Notes under the pieces: model-generated
Databases searched by the model: none
Told to the model about the DNA's origin: nothing
Seen by the model: the letters and a program-made list of their open reading frames with translations, nothing else
Position numbers and translations under genes: made by a program
Shown here: positions 44,397 to 54,181 of the stretch, in pieces
Layout: every line of letters starts with the position of its first letter
Numbering within the stretch: the first letter of the stretch is position 1
Origin: Candidatus Moraniibacteriota bacterium
GTDB taxonomy: Bacteria; Patescibacteriota; Minisyncoccia; Moranbacterales; GCA-2747515
Assembly: GCA_947311515.1 (NCBI GenBank)
Contig: CAMZLB010000025.1
Coordinates: 1 to 61,448, forward strand
Direction of reading: 5' to 3'
Length of the DNA stretch: 61,448 bases

Positions 44397-45677
44397 TTAA
44401 TTTACATTAACATTTTTTATCACTCTAGTTATTGCAATCTTATTGGCTGCTTTTCTAAGTGACAAATTCTCTTTCTGTGCTAAATCTTTTATTTTATAAA
44501 AGGCGCCTACTATCCTTTCTTTTAACTTTCTATTCACTTCCTCAAGTGTCCAATGCTCTCCCTTTAAATTCTGCTCCCATTCAAAATATGATACAATCAC
44601 ACCTCCAGAATTTGCGATGAGTCCTGGTATAACACTAATTCCATTTGACTCTAAAACTTTTTCTACATTTGGCAAAATGGGACCATTTGCTAATTCCAAT
44701 ATTTTAGTAGCTCTTATATCTTCTACATTTTCTGAGTTAATAACACCACCAAGAGCAGCGGGGACTAGTAAGTCCACACTTAATTCAAGCAATTCTTCAT
44801 TTGAAATTTTATCACCTTTCAGTGAATTAATCCTTCCTACTTTTTTACCATCTTTATACAACTCATCCATAATTTCAGTTATATTCAAACCGCTATCATC
44901 ATAAACTCCACCAGATGAATCTGAAATTGCTACAACTTTATATCCATTTTCATACAATAATTCTGCCATAACTGCTCCTGCATTTCCAAAACCTTGAATT
45001 GCTACTGAAATATTTTTCTTATCTTCCGTATCTTTATATTCCTCATTAAGTAAATAAAATCCACCCATAGCTGTCGACTTATCTCTACCTTCTGAACCTC
45101 CATCAGCTACCGGCTTTCCTGTTATAAAGGCTGGTGACTTTTCTCCTGCAATTTTTTCATATTCATCAAGCATCCAACTCATAATTTCAGGATTTGTATT
45201 TACATCTGGTGCTGGAACATCTTTTTTTGGACCAATTGCATCAAATAACTCCCTTACATATCCTCTAGAAATTTTTTCTAATTCTACCTTTGAATATTTT
45301 TTTGGATTTATCCTAATACCTCCTTTTGCTCCACCGAAAGGCAATCCTGTTACAGAAGTTTTTAACATCATACCAAAAGCAAGTTCAGATACTTCGTCCA
45401 AATCAACGTCTTGATGAAATCTAATTCCTCCTTTTCCTGGACCTAAATTTAAATTATACTGAACTCTGTAAGCTGTAATTATTTCTATACTTCCATCGTC
45501 CTTCACTATAGGATAATTAACTTGAAATACTTTTTGTGGATGCTTAACAAGTAATAATTCTACCTTACTCATAACTCCTTGTTTTTTTATGTTTTCAATT
45601 TCAATTTTGCAATTATTACAAAATATCAATTCATTTTCTGAATAAACCATATTTTTATTTACTTTTTTAATACTCAT
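44397..45677 (-). CDS. gdhA: Glutamate dehydrogenase (Glu/Leu/Phe/Val dehydrogenase family)
   Basis: Catalytic GGAKGGIRINP and Rossmann motif IQGFGNAGAVMA. Confidence 0.85.
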   Translation of the reverse strand: MSIKKVNKNMVYSENELIFCNNCKIEIENIKKQGVMSKVELLLVKHPQKVFQVNYPIVKDDGSIEIITAYRVQYNLNLGPGKGGIRFHQDVDLDEVSELAFGMMLKTSVTGLPFGGAKGGIRINPKKYSKVELEKISRGYVRELFDAIGPKKDVPAPDVNTNPEIMSWMLDEYEKIAGEKSPAFITGKPVADGGSEGRDKSTAMGGFYLLNEEYKDTEDKKNISVAIQGFGNAGAVMAELLYENGYKVVAISDSSGGVYDDSGLNITEIMDELYKDGKKVGRINSLKGDKISNEELLELSVDLLVPAALGGVINSENVEDIRATKILELANGPILPNVEKVLESNGISVIPGLIANSGGVIVSYFEWEQNLKGEHWTLEEVNRKLKERIVGAFYKIKDLAQKENLSLRKAANKIAITRVIKNVNVN

Positions 45678-45738
45678 TACATATACATAATACTATCTTA
45701 ATCATAATAAATCCATACATTATGATATTATATGAATT

Positions 45739-46935
45739 TTACTTTTTTTTCAAACTCTTTTTAATTTCTATATAAGCTAATCTAAACGATTTACCATCAT
45801 TTACTAAATCATAAACATCTTCAGTAACAAATAAGTCTTTAGTCATAGCTTTCCTTAAATTTTCTTTATTAAAAATTAAATTTTCAGTAACCAATGTCAA
45901 TACTTCAATAATTTCATTTAAATTATCCACTTGTTCTACAAAAATTTCCTTCGTAAGTTGAACATCTCTATTATATCCAGATATAAGTTGGATACATATA
46001 TTTTGCAATTCAGCTTGAGCTGAAAAATATCTATTCATCCTACCTCTTGCAATTTCTAGTACATCATAATTTCTTTTCTGAGGCATTATTGAACTTCCTG
46101 TAGTAAAATTCTCTGGTAATGATACAAACTCAAATTCTTGCATAGTAAACAAAAGCATATCATTTACAAATCTAGACAAAATTAAAATTGAAGGTGCATA
46201 TGTTTGTAAAAATTGATTTTCGAAATGCCCCCTAGAAATTCCACAATACATCGGGTTTCTTTGCACTTTTTTAAATCCCAGTTCATTACTTGTAAAATCT
46301 TGATTATTGTCAAAATTTGTAATTCCAAATCCACTAGCTGATCCCAGGGGTGACTGATTTAATAACTCATCCAGTGCTTCAAAAAATGGTTTTTGATCAC
46401 TGAGTGCAGCAGAAAAACTTCCAAGCCACATAAAGACATCAGATGGCATTGCTTTTTGTGCGTGAGTATATCCTGGCATTTTTAGATTTCTATTATTTTT
46501 TGCTACAGAATTAAACACTTTTTGTAAATTGTCTAGCTTTTGAACAATTTTTTTAGATTCCTCTTTCATATACAATCTAAGCATTACTAAAGCTTGATCA
46601 TTTCTACTCCTTCCAGTATGAATCTTTTTTCCGATCTCTCCATACTTTTCTGTCAAAAACTGCTCGATTGCAGTATGTCCATCTTCCTGTTCTTGAGTTA
46701 TATCAAATTTTCCTTGCTCCCAAAGTTCTAAAATTTCATCCAATCCTTTTATTGCATTTTTATAATCTGCATCTGATAGTATCTTTTTTTCTTTTAACAT
46801 CTTTGCATGAGCCTTTGAAGCTTTTACATCGTACGACAATAATTTTCTATCAAGCAAATAATCATTTCCTATTGTAAATTTCTCCACAACAGGATGTAAT
46901 CCATTGTCTATTTCCCATAATTTCTTTTTTGTCAT
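45739..46935 (-). CDS. argH: Argininosuccinate lyase (short form)
   Basis: Fumarate-lyase signature TGSSIMPQKRNYDVLE, plus HTGRSRNDQ. Confidence 0.85.
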   Translation of the reverse strand: MTKKKLWEIDNGLHPVVEKFTIGNDYLLDRKLLSYDVKASKAHAKMLKEKKILSDADYKNAIKGLDEILELWEQGKFDITQEQEDGHTAIEQFLTEKYGEIGKKIHTGRSRNDQALVMLRLYMKEESKKIVQKLDNLQKVFNSVAKNNRNLKMPGYTHAQKAMPSDVFMWLGSFSAALSDQKPFFEALDELLNQSPLGSASGFGITNFDNNQDFTSNELGFKKVQRNPMYCGISRGHFENQFLQTYAPSILILSRFVNDMLLFTMQEFEFVSLPENFTTGSSIMPQKRNYDVLEIARGRMNRYFSAQAELQNICIQLISGYNRDVQLTKEIFVEQVDNLNEIIEVLTLVTENLIFNKENLRKAMTKDLFVTEDVYDLVNDGKSFRLAYIEIKKSLKKK

Positions 46936-46962
46936 ATTTATATATTAAATCAATAACAACTT

Positions 46963-48222
46963 TTATTTTTTAAAATCAAATGAATTATAAGCAGTTTTTT
47001 GTGCTAAATTCCATATTTCTATAAATCCTGCAGAAGAATTCTGGTTAAATTTTGAATTTTTATCAAATGTTGCTAAACTCTCATCAAATAATGAATATGG
47101 AGAATCAAGTGAAACTATAGTGCAATTTCCTTTATATAGCTCAACTTGAACATTTCCTGTAACCTTTTTATTTTGAGAATCTTGATATGCAATAATATGT
47201 CTCATCACAGGATCAAACCACTTAGCAGCATACGCAAGATATGCCCATTTTTGATCTATTAAAGTCTTAAATTCATTCTCTTCTCTAGTTGATACAAGCA
47301 TTTCAAGCTTTTTGTGAGCTGAAACAAGAATATGTGCTGCTGGATTTTCGTATATTCCACGCACTTTAAGCCCTACAAATCTATCCTCTATAAGATTAAA
47401 ATATCCAACACCATGACTTGCTCCAATAGTATTACATTTACTCACAATTTTTGAAAGTTTCATTTTTTCTCCATTAACAGCAACAGGAATACCTTCTTTA
47501 AATTCTATATCTATTATTTCACTTTCATTTTTTGCCTGTTTTTGTGTTTTACACCACTTCAATATATTTTCTATTGGTGGCACAAGTCTAGGGTCCTCTA
47601 TTTCTCCTCCTTCTCCTGTATTTCCCCACATATTCTCATCATAAGAATATGGACTTTTAGATGTTTGAATTACTGGAATATTATTTTTCCTTGCATATTC
47701 AATCTGTTCATTTCTACCCATTGACCATTCTCTAACTGGAGCTATAGTTTTAATTTTTGGATTTAATGTGGTTATATAACCCTCAAATCTCACCTGATCA
47801 TTTCCTTTCCCTGTACAACCATGTGCTATAACTTCACAATTATACTTTTTTGCCATTTTTACAGCTATTTCTGATATTATGACTCTACCAAGTGGAGTAG
47901 AAAGTGCATAACCTCCTTGATAATCAGCATTAGCCTTTATTGCACTAGATAAAAGATCATCTGCAAATTCCTCTTTTGCATCATAAATAACTGCGTCACT
48001 AGCTCCTAATTTTATAGCCTTCTCTTTTATAATATCTAAATCATCAGCTGTTTGTCCTATATCAATTGTTAATGCTATAACCTCAGACTTATATTCATCC
48101 TGAATCCACTTTAGCATTGTAGAAGTATCTAATCCTCCCGAATACAATAATAAACATTTTTTAAATTCTCCTTTTTTTGCTTCATGTGAAGCAATTTTCT
48201 TATAACTAGTTACTGATTTCAT
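46963..48222 (-). CDS. argG: Argininosuccinate synthase
   Basis: LLYSGGLDTS ATP-PPase motif and GCTGKGNDQVRFE. Confidence 0.9.
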   Translation of the reverse strand: MKSVTSYKKIASHEAKKGEFKKCLLLYSGGLDTSTMLKWIQDEYKSEVIALTIDIGQTADDLDIIKEKAIKLGASDAVIYDAKEEFADDLLSSAIKANADYQGGYALSTPLGRVIISEIAVKMAKKYNCEVIAHGCTGKGNDQVRFEGYITTLNPKIKTIAPVREWSMGRNEQIEYARKNNIPVIQTSKSPYSYDENMWGNTGEGGEIEDPRLVPPIENILKWCKTQKQAKNESEIIDIEFKEGIPVAVNGEKMKLSKIVSKCNTIGASHGVGYFNLIEDRFVGLKVRGIYENPAAHILVSAHKKLEMLVSTREENEFKTLIDQKWAYLAYAAKWFDPVMRHIIAYQDSQNKKVTGNVQVELYKGNCTIVSLDSPYSLFDESLATFDKNSKFNQNSSAGFIEIWNLAQKTAYNSFDFKK

Positions 48223-48242
48223 AATATTATAATTTATCTAAT

Positions 48243-48383
48243 AAAAAACCCACTTTAATAAAAAGTAGGCGAAATTCAACAAAACAAAAACGCCCGTCTA
48301 TATGCGACGTGGAAACAAACCCTTAATCATTGTATTTCGCTTATTCATAATTCTATTATACAGTTAATTCTCCAAAATGTAAA
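48243..48383 (-). promoter_or_regulatory. argG promoter plus leader with a 16-codon Arg-codon uORF and alternative hairpins (candidate transcription attenuator)
   Basis: Minus strand: TTTACA (48383..48378), a 17-nt spacer, then TATAAT (48360..48355). uORF at 48348..48298 (MNKRNTMIKGLFPRRI*). Terminator CCTACTTT/AAAGTGGG followed by TTTTTT (48269..48243). Details are given in the findings. Confidence 0.45.
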
Positions 48384-48407
48384 TAAAAGACCTTTTACAA
48401 GAGTGCT

Positions 48408-48556
48408 TTAAGGAAATACTGCAAAACTAATTATTAGTCAAAATTAAAAAATAAATTTAAAATATATTTTCAGTAAGCGATATTTGTAAGGTTTTTGTAA
48501 ATTGTATTTTGAGAAAAATAACATTTTTTAAAGTTTTGCAAACATTACTTCCTTAA
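48408..48556 (-). repeat. MITE-like element M2 (~149 bp) with terminal inverted repeats
   Basis: Termini are TTAAGGAAATAC ... TTACTTCCTTAA. Its reverse complement aligns along its full length with 14148..14300. Confidence 0.55.
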
Positions 48557-48678
48557 CCTCATCAACAATTCCGTCTATATCTATATATAGTTCTTTTACA
48601 CCAGTTTCCACATTTACTATGAATACCGCTATATGAATCACTATTTTTTTTAATTACTATAGCAACTTTTTTACCATC

Positions 48679-48978
48679 TCAAGTAAAATTTCCTTTACCT
48701 TTTCCAAATGTTATATCATCATATCTACTAAGATCCTCTACCTGTGTAATTGTATCATTTGCTACATGCCATTTTCCTATTGCTTTACTACTAGTATCAA
48801 CATAATGCATATATTCTGACTCAGTCATACTCCACCTAACTCTACTTCCAGGTTTATCTCTAGTAAATAAAACTTCATAAGTTTCTCCATCTAACCATAC
48901 ATCTTGAGAGATTCTATCAAGAAAAATCATACCTTCATCATTATTCCACGGTTGTCTTTTTGAATATCCATATCTCAA
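48679..48978 (-). CDS. Hypothetical protein (possibly a gene remnant)
   Basis: 99-codon ORF that starts only at a TTG. There is no in-frame ATG before residue 17 and no SD. Ends in TGA. No recognisable motif. Confidence 0.25.
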   Translation of the reverse strand: MRYGYSKRQPWNNDEGMIFLDRISQDVWLDGETYEVLFTRDKPGSRVRWSMTESEYMHYVDTSSKAIGKWHVANDTITQVEDLSRYDDITFGKGKGNFT

Positions 48979-49046
48979 TTGTTCATCTGGACATACTTCT
49001 CCTAAAATATATATACCTTACATCATAAAACTAATTAATTACAGTA

Positions 49047-49361
49047 TTATTTTTTAATTATTTTTATACCTCTTATACCAAAAATAATCAAACAAATAAT
49101 AAATATTTTCAAAAAATAATGACTATATAAATCCATGAAATCTCTGGTCATCGGTGTTATATTACCAAAAATAAGATGAATTATTATACTAAAAGGTAAT
49201 GTTAAAAATACCCAATTTAATCTAGGAACTTTAATATTAATTTTTAAAAATATTTCTGATAATCTATTAGAAAGTAAATATATTCCTCCTAAAGCTAAAA
49301 TTAAATCAAAAATAGCATAATTAAAAATAGTAACTTGTCTCAAAAATTCTAATACATTCAT
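49047..49361 (-). CDS. Hypothetical small membrane protein (3-4 TM)
   Basis: 104-aa ATG ORF with hydrophobic segments. No family recognised. Confidence 0.4.
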   Translation of the reverse strand: MNVLEFLRQVTIFNYAIFDLILALGGIYLLSNRLSEIFLKINIKVPRLNWVFLTLPFSIIIHLIFGNITPMTRDFMDLYSHYFLKIFIICLIIFGIRGIKIIKK

Positions 49362-49674
49362 ACTTTTATCATTATTTTACTCACAATCTCTTTTTAACTT
49401 TTTAAAAAAGTCATGTTTTATCTATAAAATATTAATTCCTATTTACGTACTTGTTTAAGAAATCTGCTTATACTACTTATATAGAATACATACTTTAATT
49501 TAAAAACTGTATAAACTCTGAACAAAAAATAAAAACTACCTACACTTTACAAATTTATTTTTACTCACACAGAGCGTGGAAAATCGTTGCAAAATCAACC
49601 CTTTGTGCGCAAAATGCGACTTTTGCAGAACTTAGTTCTGCTCGCAATTCTGCCGTTTCTAACAAAATCAAAGG

Positions 49675-49759
49675 CGGAAGGGACAGGATTTGAACCTGCG
49701 GAACATTGCTGCTCACACGCTTTCCAAGCGTGCGCTTTCAACCACTCAGCCACCCTTCC
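49675..49759 (-). tRNA. tRNA-Ser (anticodon GGA), class II with long variable arm; CCA not encoded
   Basis: Minus strand: GGAAGGGTGGCTGAGTGGTTGAAAGCGCACGCTTGGAAAGCGTGTGAGCAGCAATGTTCCGCAGGTTCAAATCCTGTCCCTTCCG. It folds into a 7-bp acceptor stem (GGAAGGG/CCCTTCC), an anticodon stem CACGC/GCGTG with loop TTGGAAA, and a T arm GCAGG-TTCAAAT-CCTGT. Confidence 0.9.
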
Positions 49760-49893
49760 ATAATTATTACTATAACATAGTTTAAACAAAAATTGAAAAT
49801 AAGTTATTTTAATCTATAATCAGTGATTTATTTCATTCTTCTTCTGCAAGTTTCCATAAGAACTATTTGTTAGAATTACTATCATTATTTACT

Positions 49894-51090
49894 TTATTGA
49901 TAATTTTTATTAGTTTTTTCTATCCATTTACCTTTTTCTTTGATAAGAGCTACCAATTCATCTATTGCCTCATCTTCTGGCACACCTCTTTTTATTAATT
50001 CCTTTTTATAATATAAACTTATTTCTCCAGGTTTTCCACCCACATAACCAAAGTCCGCATCAGCCATTTCCCCAGGTCCATTGACAATGCAACCCATTAT
50101 AGCAATTCTGACACCTTTCAGATGACCCATTATCTCCTTTATTTTATTTGTGACAATCTCTATATCATAAAGTGTTCGCCCACAAGATGGACATGAGATA
50201 AATTCTGTTTTTGTTATTCTCCTCCTAGTTGCTTGCAAAATAGAATAGCAAACTGGAATTTCTTTTTCTGGCTCTTCTGTGAGAGAGACTCTTACGGTAT
50301 CTCCTATTCCATCAAGTAATAAAGTACCAATTCCTATAGTAGATTTTGCTCTTCCATCTTCTTTATTTCCTGCTTCAGTAACACCTAAATGTATTGGATA
50401 ATCCATTCCCTCTTTTTCCATTCTTTCATCTAATAATCTATTTGCATTTATCATCATGATAGGATCTGATGACTTTAGCGCTACAACCATTTGATGAAAA
50501 TCATGCTTTGCAAAAATTCTTAAATATTCCATAGCACTCTCTACCATACCTTCTGCTGTATCTCCATATTTACTCAAAACTCTATCCGATAGAGAACCAT
50601 GATTTGCACCTATTCTTATTGGCTTTCCTGCTTCTTTCAGTGCCTTTATAAAATCAATAAGACCTTCTTCTACTCTTTTTAATTCTTGTTCATATTCTTC
50701 ATCAGTAAGGATGTTATCTTTTTGTAACTTTTTATCAAATAAATTTCCTGGATTTATCCTTATTTTATCCGCCCACTTAAGAGCTTCATAAGCTGCAGCT
50801 GGCACAAAGTGAATATCTGCAATAAGTGGTATGTTGCAATTATATTTTTCTTTTAAAAGTTTTTTTATTTCCCCTATTGCTTTTGCATGCTTGGGTGTCG
50901 GTGCTGTTATTCTAACTAATTCAGAACCCTCATCCACACAACGAAGAACTTGTAAAACTGTTGCGTTGATATCCATAGTATCTGTATTTGTCATAGTTTG
51001 GACACGAATCGGCTCATCTCCTCCAATTCCCACACTACCAACATTTACAACTCTTGATTTTCGTCTTTTGCTCTGAACTTCTTTAAACAT
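49894..51090 (-). CDS. ispG: 4-hydroxy-3-methylbut-2-en-1-yl diphosphate synthase
   Basis: Fe-S cysteine motifs FISCPSCGRT and GCIVNGPGEMADADFG. Confidence 0.9.
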   Translation of the reverse strand: MFKEVQSKRRKSRVVNVGSVGIGGDEPIRVQTMTNTDTMDINATVLQVLRCVDEGSELVRITAPTPKHAKAIGEIKKLLKEKYNCNIPLIADIHFVPAAAYEALKWADKIRINPGNLFDKKLQKDNILTDEEYEQELKRVEEGLIDFIKALKEAGKPIRIGANHGSLSDRVLSKYGDTAEGMVESAMEYLRIFAKHDFHQMVVALKSSDPIMMINANRLLDERMEKEGMDYPIHLGVTEAGNKEDGRAKSTIGIGTLLLDGIGDTVRVSLTEEPEKEIPVCYSILQATRRRITKTEFISCPSCGRTLYDIEIVTNKIKEIMGHLKGVRIAIMGCIVNGPGEMADADFGYVGGKPGEISLYYKKELIKRGVPEDEAIDELVALIKEKGKWIEKTNKNYQ

Positions 51091-51175
51091 AACATTATAC
51101 TTAGAATATTATTTTCTTATTATTAATAATAAGGTTATATATAAATATTGTCAAAGTATCAATACCATAACATAC

Positions 51176-51577
51176 TTAATAAAATGCATTTTTAATATGT
51201 TTAATCTCTATCTTTTTTGAATTTTTAATAAAAATTACACTTACAATGTCAAGTCTCACATTTGAATTCCATAATTCTTTTTCTTTTATGTAACTCTCAG
51301 ATACTTTTTGAATTTTTTTAAGCTTTACATGCGTTACTTGTTCTTCTGGTAAAATATCTCTTATTTCCGATAAAGTTCTAGATTTAACCTCTACAAAAAC
51401 TATAGTATTATTTTCTTTTGCTATTATATCTATTTCACCAAGTCTTTTGCCCTTTTTATTATACCAATTTAGCTCAATAATTACATATCCTTGTTTTTGC
51501 AAAAAATAAACTGCTTCATTTTCACCAGCTCCACCAATTCCTCTTTGATTTGATTTTTTTGACAAAAAATTAAACAT
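51176..51577 (-). CDS. YraN-family (UPF0102) endonuclease-like protein
   Basis: GEIDIIAKENNTIVFVEVKSR core, typical of the PD-(D/E)xK YraN family. Confidence 0.7.
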   Translation of the reverse strand: MFNFLSKKSNQRGIGGAGENEAVYFLQKQGYVIIELNWYNKKGKRLGEIDIIAKENNTIVFVEVKSRTLSEIRDILPEEQVTHVKLKKIQKVSESYIKEKELWNSNVRLDIVSVIFIKNSKKIEIKHIKNAFY

Positions 51578-51598
51578 TTAATTATTCAATATTCAAAA

Positions 51599-52984
51599 CT
51601 AAACCTCTATTTCATCACCAGGACCTGGTATAACCACATCTAAAGCATTATTTAATTCTATTAATTTTTGCTTAAGTCCAATTGCCTGCTTTGAATCAGC
51701 ATGTACTATTACTACTTTCTTTACATCCTTTGTAGCTTCAATATTTGCGATTAAATCATCTCTATCTCCATGAGCGCTATATCCTTTTATGTTTTCAATT
51801 TTTGCTTTAACTTTGACTCTATCTCCAAAAATTTTTACCTCTGACTTTTTTTCTATTAAATCCCTGCCTAAAGTGTATTCAGCTTGATATCCTACGATAA
51901 GTACTGTGTTTCTTTCATTCTCAAGACCATGTCTTAAATGATGCTTTACTCTACCAGCCTCACACATGCCAGAACCCGCTATTATAATACAAGACTTTGA
52001 ATATTTATTTAATTTTTTACTCTCATGTACAGATTTTGTATGAGTTAAATTTCTGAATGAGAATGGATTTTGTCCTCTATCTACAAAAAACTCATGCGTT
52101 TCTTCATCAAAATCATTTAAATGTTTTCCGAAAATTTTAGTAAAATCTGTTGCAAGCGGTGAATCCACAAACACTGGAATACGAGGTACCTTTTTTTGAT
52201 TGTACAATCTATGTAAATCATAAAGAAGCTCTTGAGATCTTTCTAAGGCAAAACTTGGAATTATAAGCCTACCTTTTCTCTTATGTACATCATTTATAAC
52301 CTTAGCTAAATCTTCCCTAGTGTGTAATTTTCGTTTGTGTAATCTGTCTCCATATGTTGCCTCTGTGATAAAAACATCTGCACTAGGAATATTTACAGAA
52401 TCTTTTATTATTTTTCTATTTCTACTACCTAGATCTCCTGTAAAAGCAATTTTTTTACCTTCTGCTTCAATTTGGATTTGTGAACTCCCTAATATATGAC
52501 CAGCATTATAAAAGGTTATATTAGCCACGTCTAAAATTCTAAATTTTTCCTCTCGTTTTTTTGTAACAATAAACTTAAGCATCCTCTTAACATCACTTTT
52601 ATCATAAAGAGGTTCTAAAACTTCTATTGATTCATCAAAAATAGCTAATTTACTATAATATTCAAAATCTTCTTGTTGCACATGAGCCGAGTCTAGAAGA
52701 AGCGGTTCCAATATTTCTGCTGTTCCTTCTGTTGTGTAAATTTTCCCAACAAAACCTTCTTTTACTAATTTTGGCAAAAGTCCACTATGGTCAACATGAG
52801 CATGTGATAATACAACAGCATCAATTTCATTTGCCTTAAATGGCAATTCTTTATTTAACTTATAGACAGTCTTCCAGAATCCTTGATGCAATCCACACTC
52901 CAATAAAATTTTTTTATCCTTTATGGAAATTATATGCTTTGAGCCAGTAACTCCACCAACTGCTCCATGAAATGTTATCTTCAT
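51599..52984 (-). CDS. Metallo-beta-lactamase / beta-CASP family RNA-metabolising nuclease
   Basis: HAHVDHSG motif, later GHILGSS and a C-terminal HGD. 461 aa, typical of the CPSF-like/RNase J-like beta-CASP group. Confidence 0.75.
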   Translation of the reverse strand: MKITFHGAVGGVTGSKHIISIKDKKILLECGLHQGFWKTVYKLNKELPFKANEIDAVVLSHAHVDHSGLLPKLVKEGFVGKIYTTEGTAEILEPLLLDSAHVQQEDFEYYSKLAIFDESIEVLEPLYDKSDVKRMLKFIVTKKREEKFRILDVANITFYNAGHILGSSQIQIEAEGKKIAFTGDLGSRNRKIIKDSVNIPSADVFITEATYGDRLHKRKLHTREDLAKVINDVHKRKGRLIIPSFALERSQELLYDLHRLYNQKKVPRIPVFVDSPLATDFTKIFGKHLNDFDEETHEFFVDRGQNPFSFRNLTHTKSVHESKKLNKYSKSCIIIAGSGMCEAGRVKHHLRHGLENERNTVLIVGYQAEYTLGRDLIEKKSEVKIFGDRVKVKAKIENIKGYSAHGDRDDLIANIEATKDVKKVVIVHADSKQAIGLKQKLIELNNALDVVIPGPGDEIEV

Positions 52985-53074
52985 AATATTATTTTATTTT
53001 ATATACTTATCATATTAACATAATCTTGCTTTATAGTGTATAATTAAAGTACTATTATTTATATAATTACATCT

Positions 53075-53602
53075 ATGAACAAAAATACAATATCACCAAA
53101 AGAACTTAATGATTTACTGAAAGAAAAAAAATCTAAAGTACTATGCATTGACCTAAGAACTGAAGATGAACATAACTTTTCTCACATACCTGGAACAATT
53201 AATATTCCGCTTGATCAACTACAAAATCATTTATCAGAGCTAAAAGGATATGATAAAATAATTTTACAATGCACAAGTGGAGCGAGGTCTCAATTTGCAT
53301 GCAATGTACTACCTGCAAATATAAAATGCCACACACTAAGTCTCGAAGGCGGAATTACTAAATGGGAAAGCGATGGATTTAATGTGAAATATAAAGGAAA
53401 ATCTAGAATTTCCCTCATGCGACAAGTATTTTTGATTGCTGGAGTATTTATATTATCTGGTCTTTTATTTTATAATATAACACATAATGTTTGGTATCTA
53501 CTTTTACCCTTATTGGTTGGAATTGGACTTACATTTGCAGGAATCACTGGACAATGTCTCATGTCAAAACTACTTATAAAAATGCCTTGGAATAGAAATT
53601 AA
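53075..53602 (+). CDS. Rhodanese-domain sulfurtransferase with C-terminal 2-TM (YgaP/DUF2892-like) domain
   Basis: Active-site loop QCTSGARS, followed by two hydrophobic helices and ...GQCLMSKLL. Confidence 0.7.
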   Translation: MNKNTISPKELNDLLKEKKSKVLCIDLRTEDEHNFSHIPGTINIPLDQLQNHLSELKGYDKIILQCTSGARSQFACNVLPANIKCHTLSLEGGITKWESDGFNVKYKGKSRISLMRQVFLIAGVFILSGLLFYNITHNVWYLLLPLLVGIGLTFAGITGQCLMSKLLIKMPWNRN

Positions 53603-53774
53603 ATCGTACTTAAAGATTTATATAAAAAACTTAATCTCATTAAAAAATTTAACGTGTCTTCGTACATATAAGCTCACACTCAAGATTTAATAAAGATAAC
53701 TTATTTAAATAATAAAATTTTAATATTGAACGAAGACATATCTGAATGGAAAAATCAAGATTATATCATATAGT

Positions 53775-54011
53775 GTGAAAAAGTTCCACATATTCATAGC
53801 AAGACAAATATTTCTATTTATTGAAACTATATTTATTTTTGAATTATTCTTATATAAATTAACAGCCATTATCTTCTTTTTAACACCTTTACTACTAATT
53901 ACTATAGAGCTGATACAAAGAATAAAAAATACATATTTACACGCATACTACTCAAAATATCTTGGAATAGACAGAGATATTTTGTATTATATTTTAAGTA
54001 TACATAAATAA
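53775..54011 (+). CDS. Hypothetical small membrane protein (weak call)
   Basis: 78-codon GTG-initiated ORF, hydrophobic, no SD or homology. Confidence 0.2.
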   Translation: MKKFHIFIARQIFLFIETIFIFELFLYKLTAIIFFLTPLLLITIELIQRIKNTYLHAYYSKYLGIDRDILYYILSIHK

Positions 54012-54105
54012 AATTAACCTTATGTGATAAAAAACTACACTTAGGAAGATTAAAAAATATCAATAAACTAAGTTAAGTAGATATTAAAAGAATAACTTTA
54101 CATCC

Positions 54106-54133
54106 CTAAAAACATTTGAGAAGATGTTTTTAG
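54106..54133 (-). terminator. Bidirectional hairpin terminator downstream of the double-PilB gene
   Basis: Perfect 10-bp stem CTAAAAACAT-TTGAGAAG-ATGTTTTTAG in a convergent gap. Confidence 0.55.
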
Positions 54134-54181
54134 ATTTTTACTCCTTGTTATAAATATCACTAATTTTATGACGAATAGTAA

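Noticed and set aside
49595-49789. 64-aa ORF on the minus strand.
   Set aside because: It is fully explained by tRNA-Ser(GGA) at 49675..49759. Its relatively GC-rich content comes from the tRNA.
53655-53738. 9-bp inverted repeat TGTCTTCGT / ACGAAGACA, separated by ~66 nt, downstream of the rhodanese gene. It might be an sRNA or a small mobile element.
   Set aside because: It is a single occurrence with a long unstructured AT-rich loop, no T tract and no second copy in the window. The evidence is insufficient.
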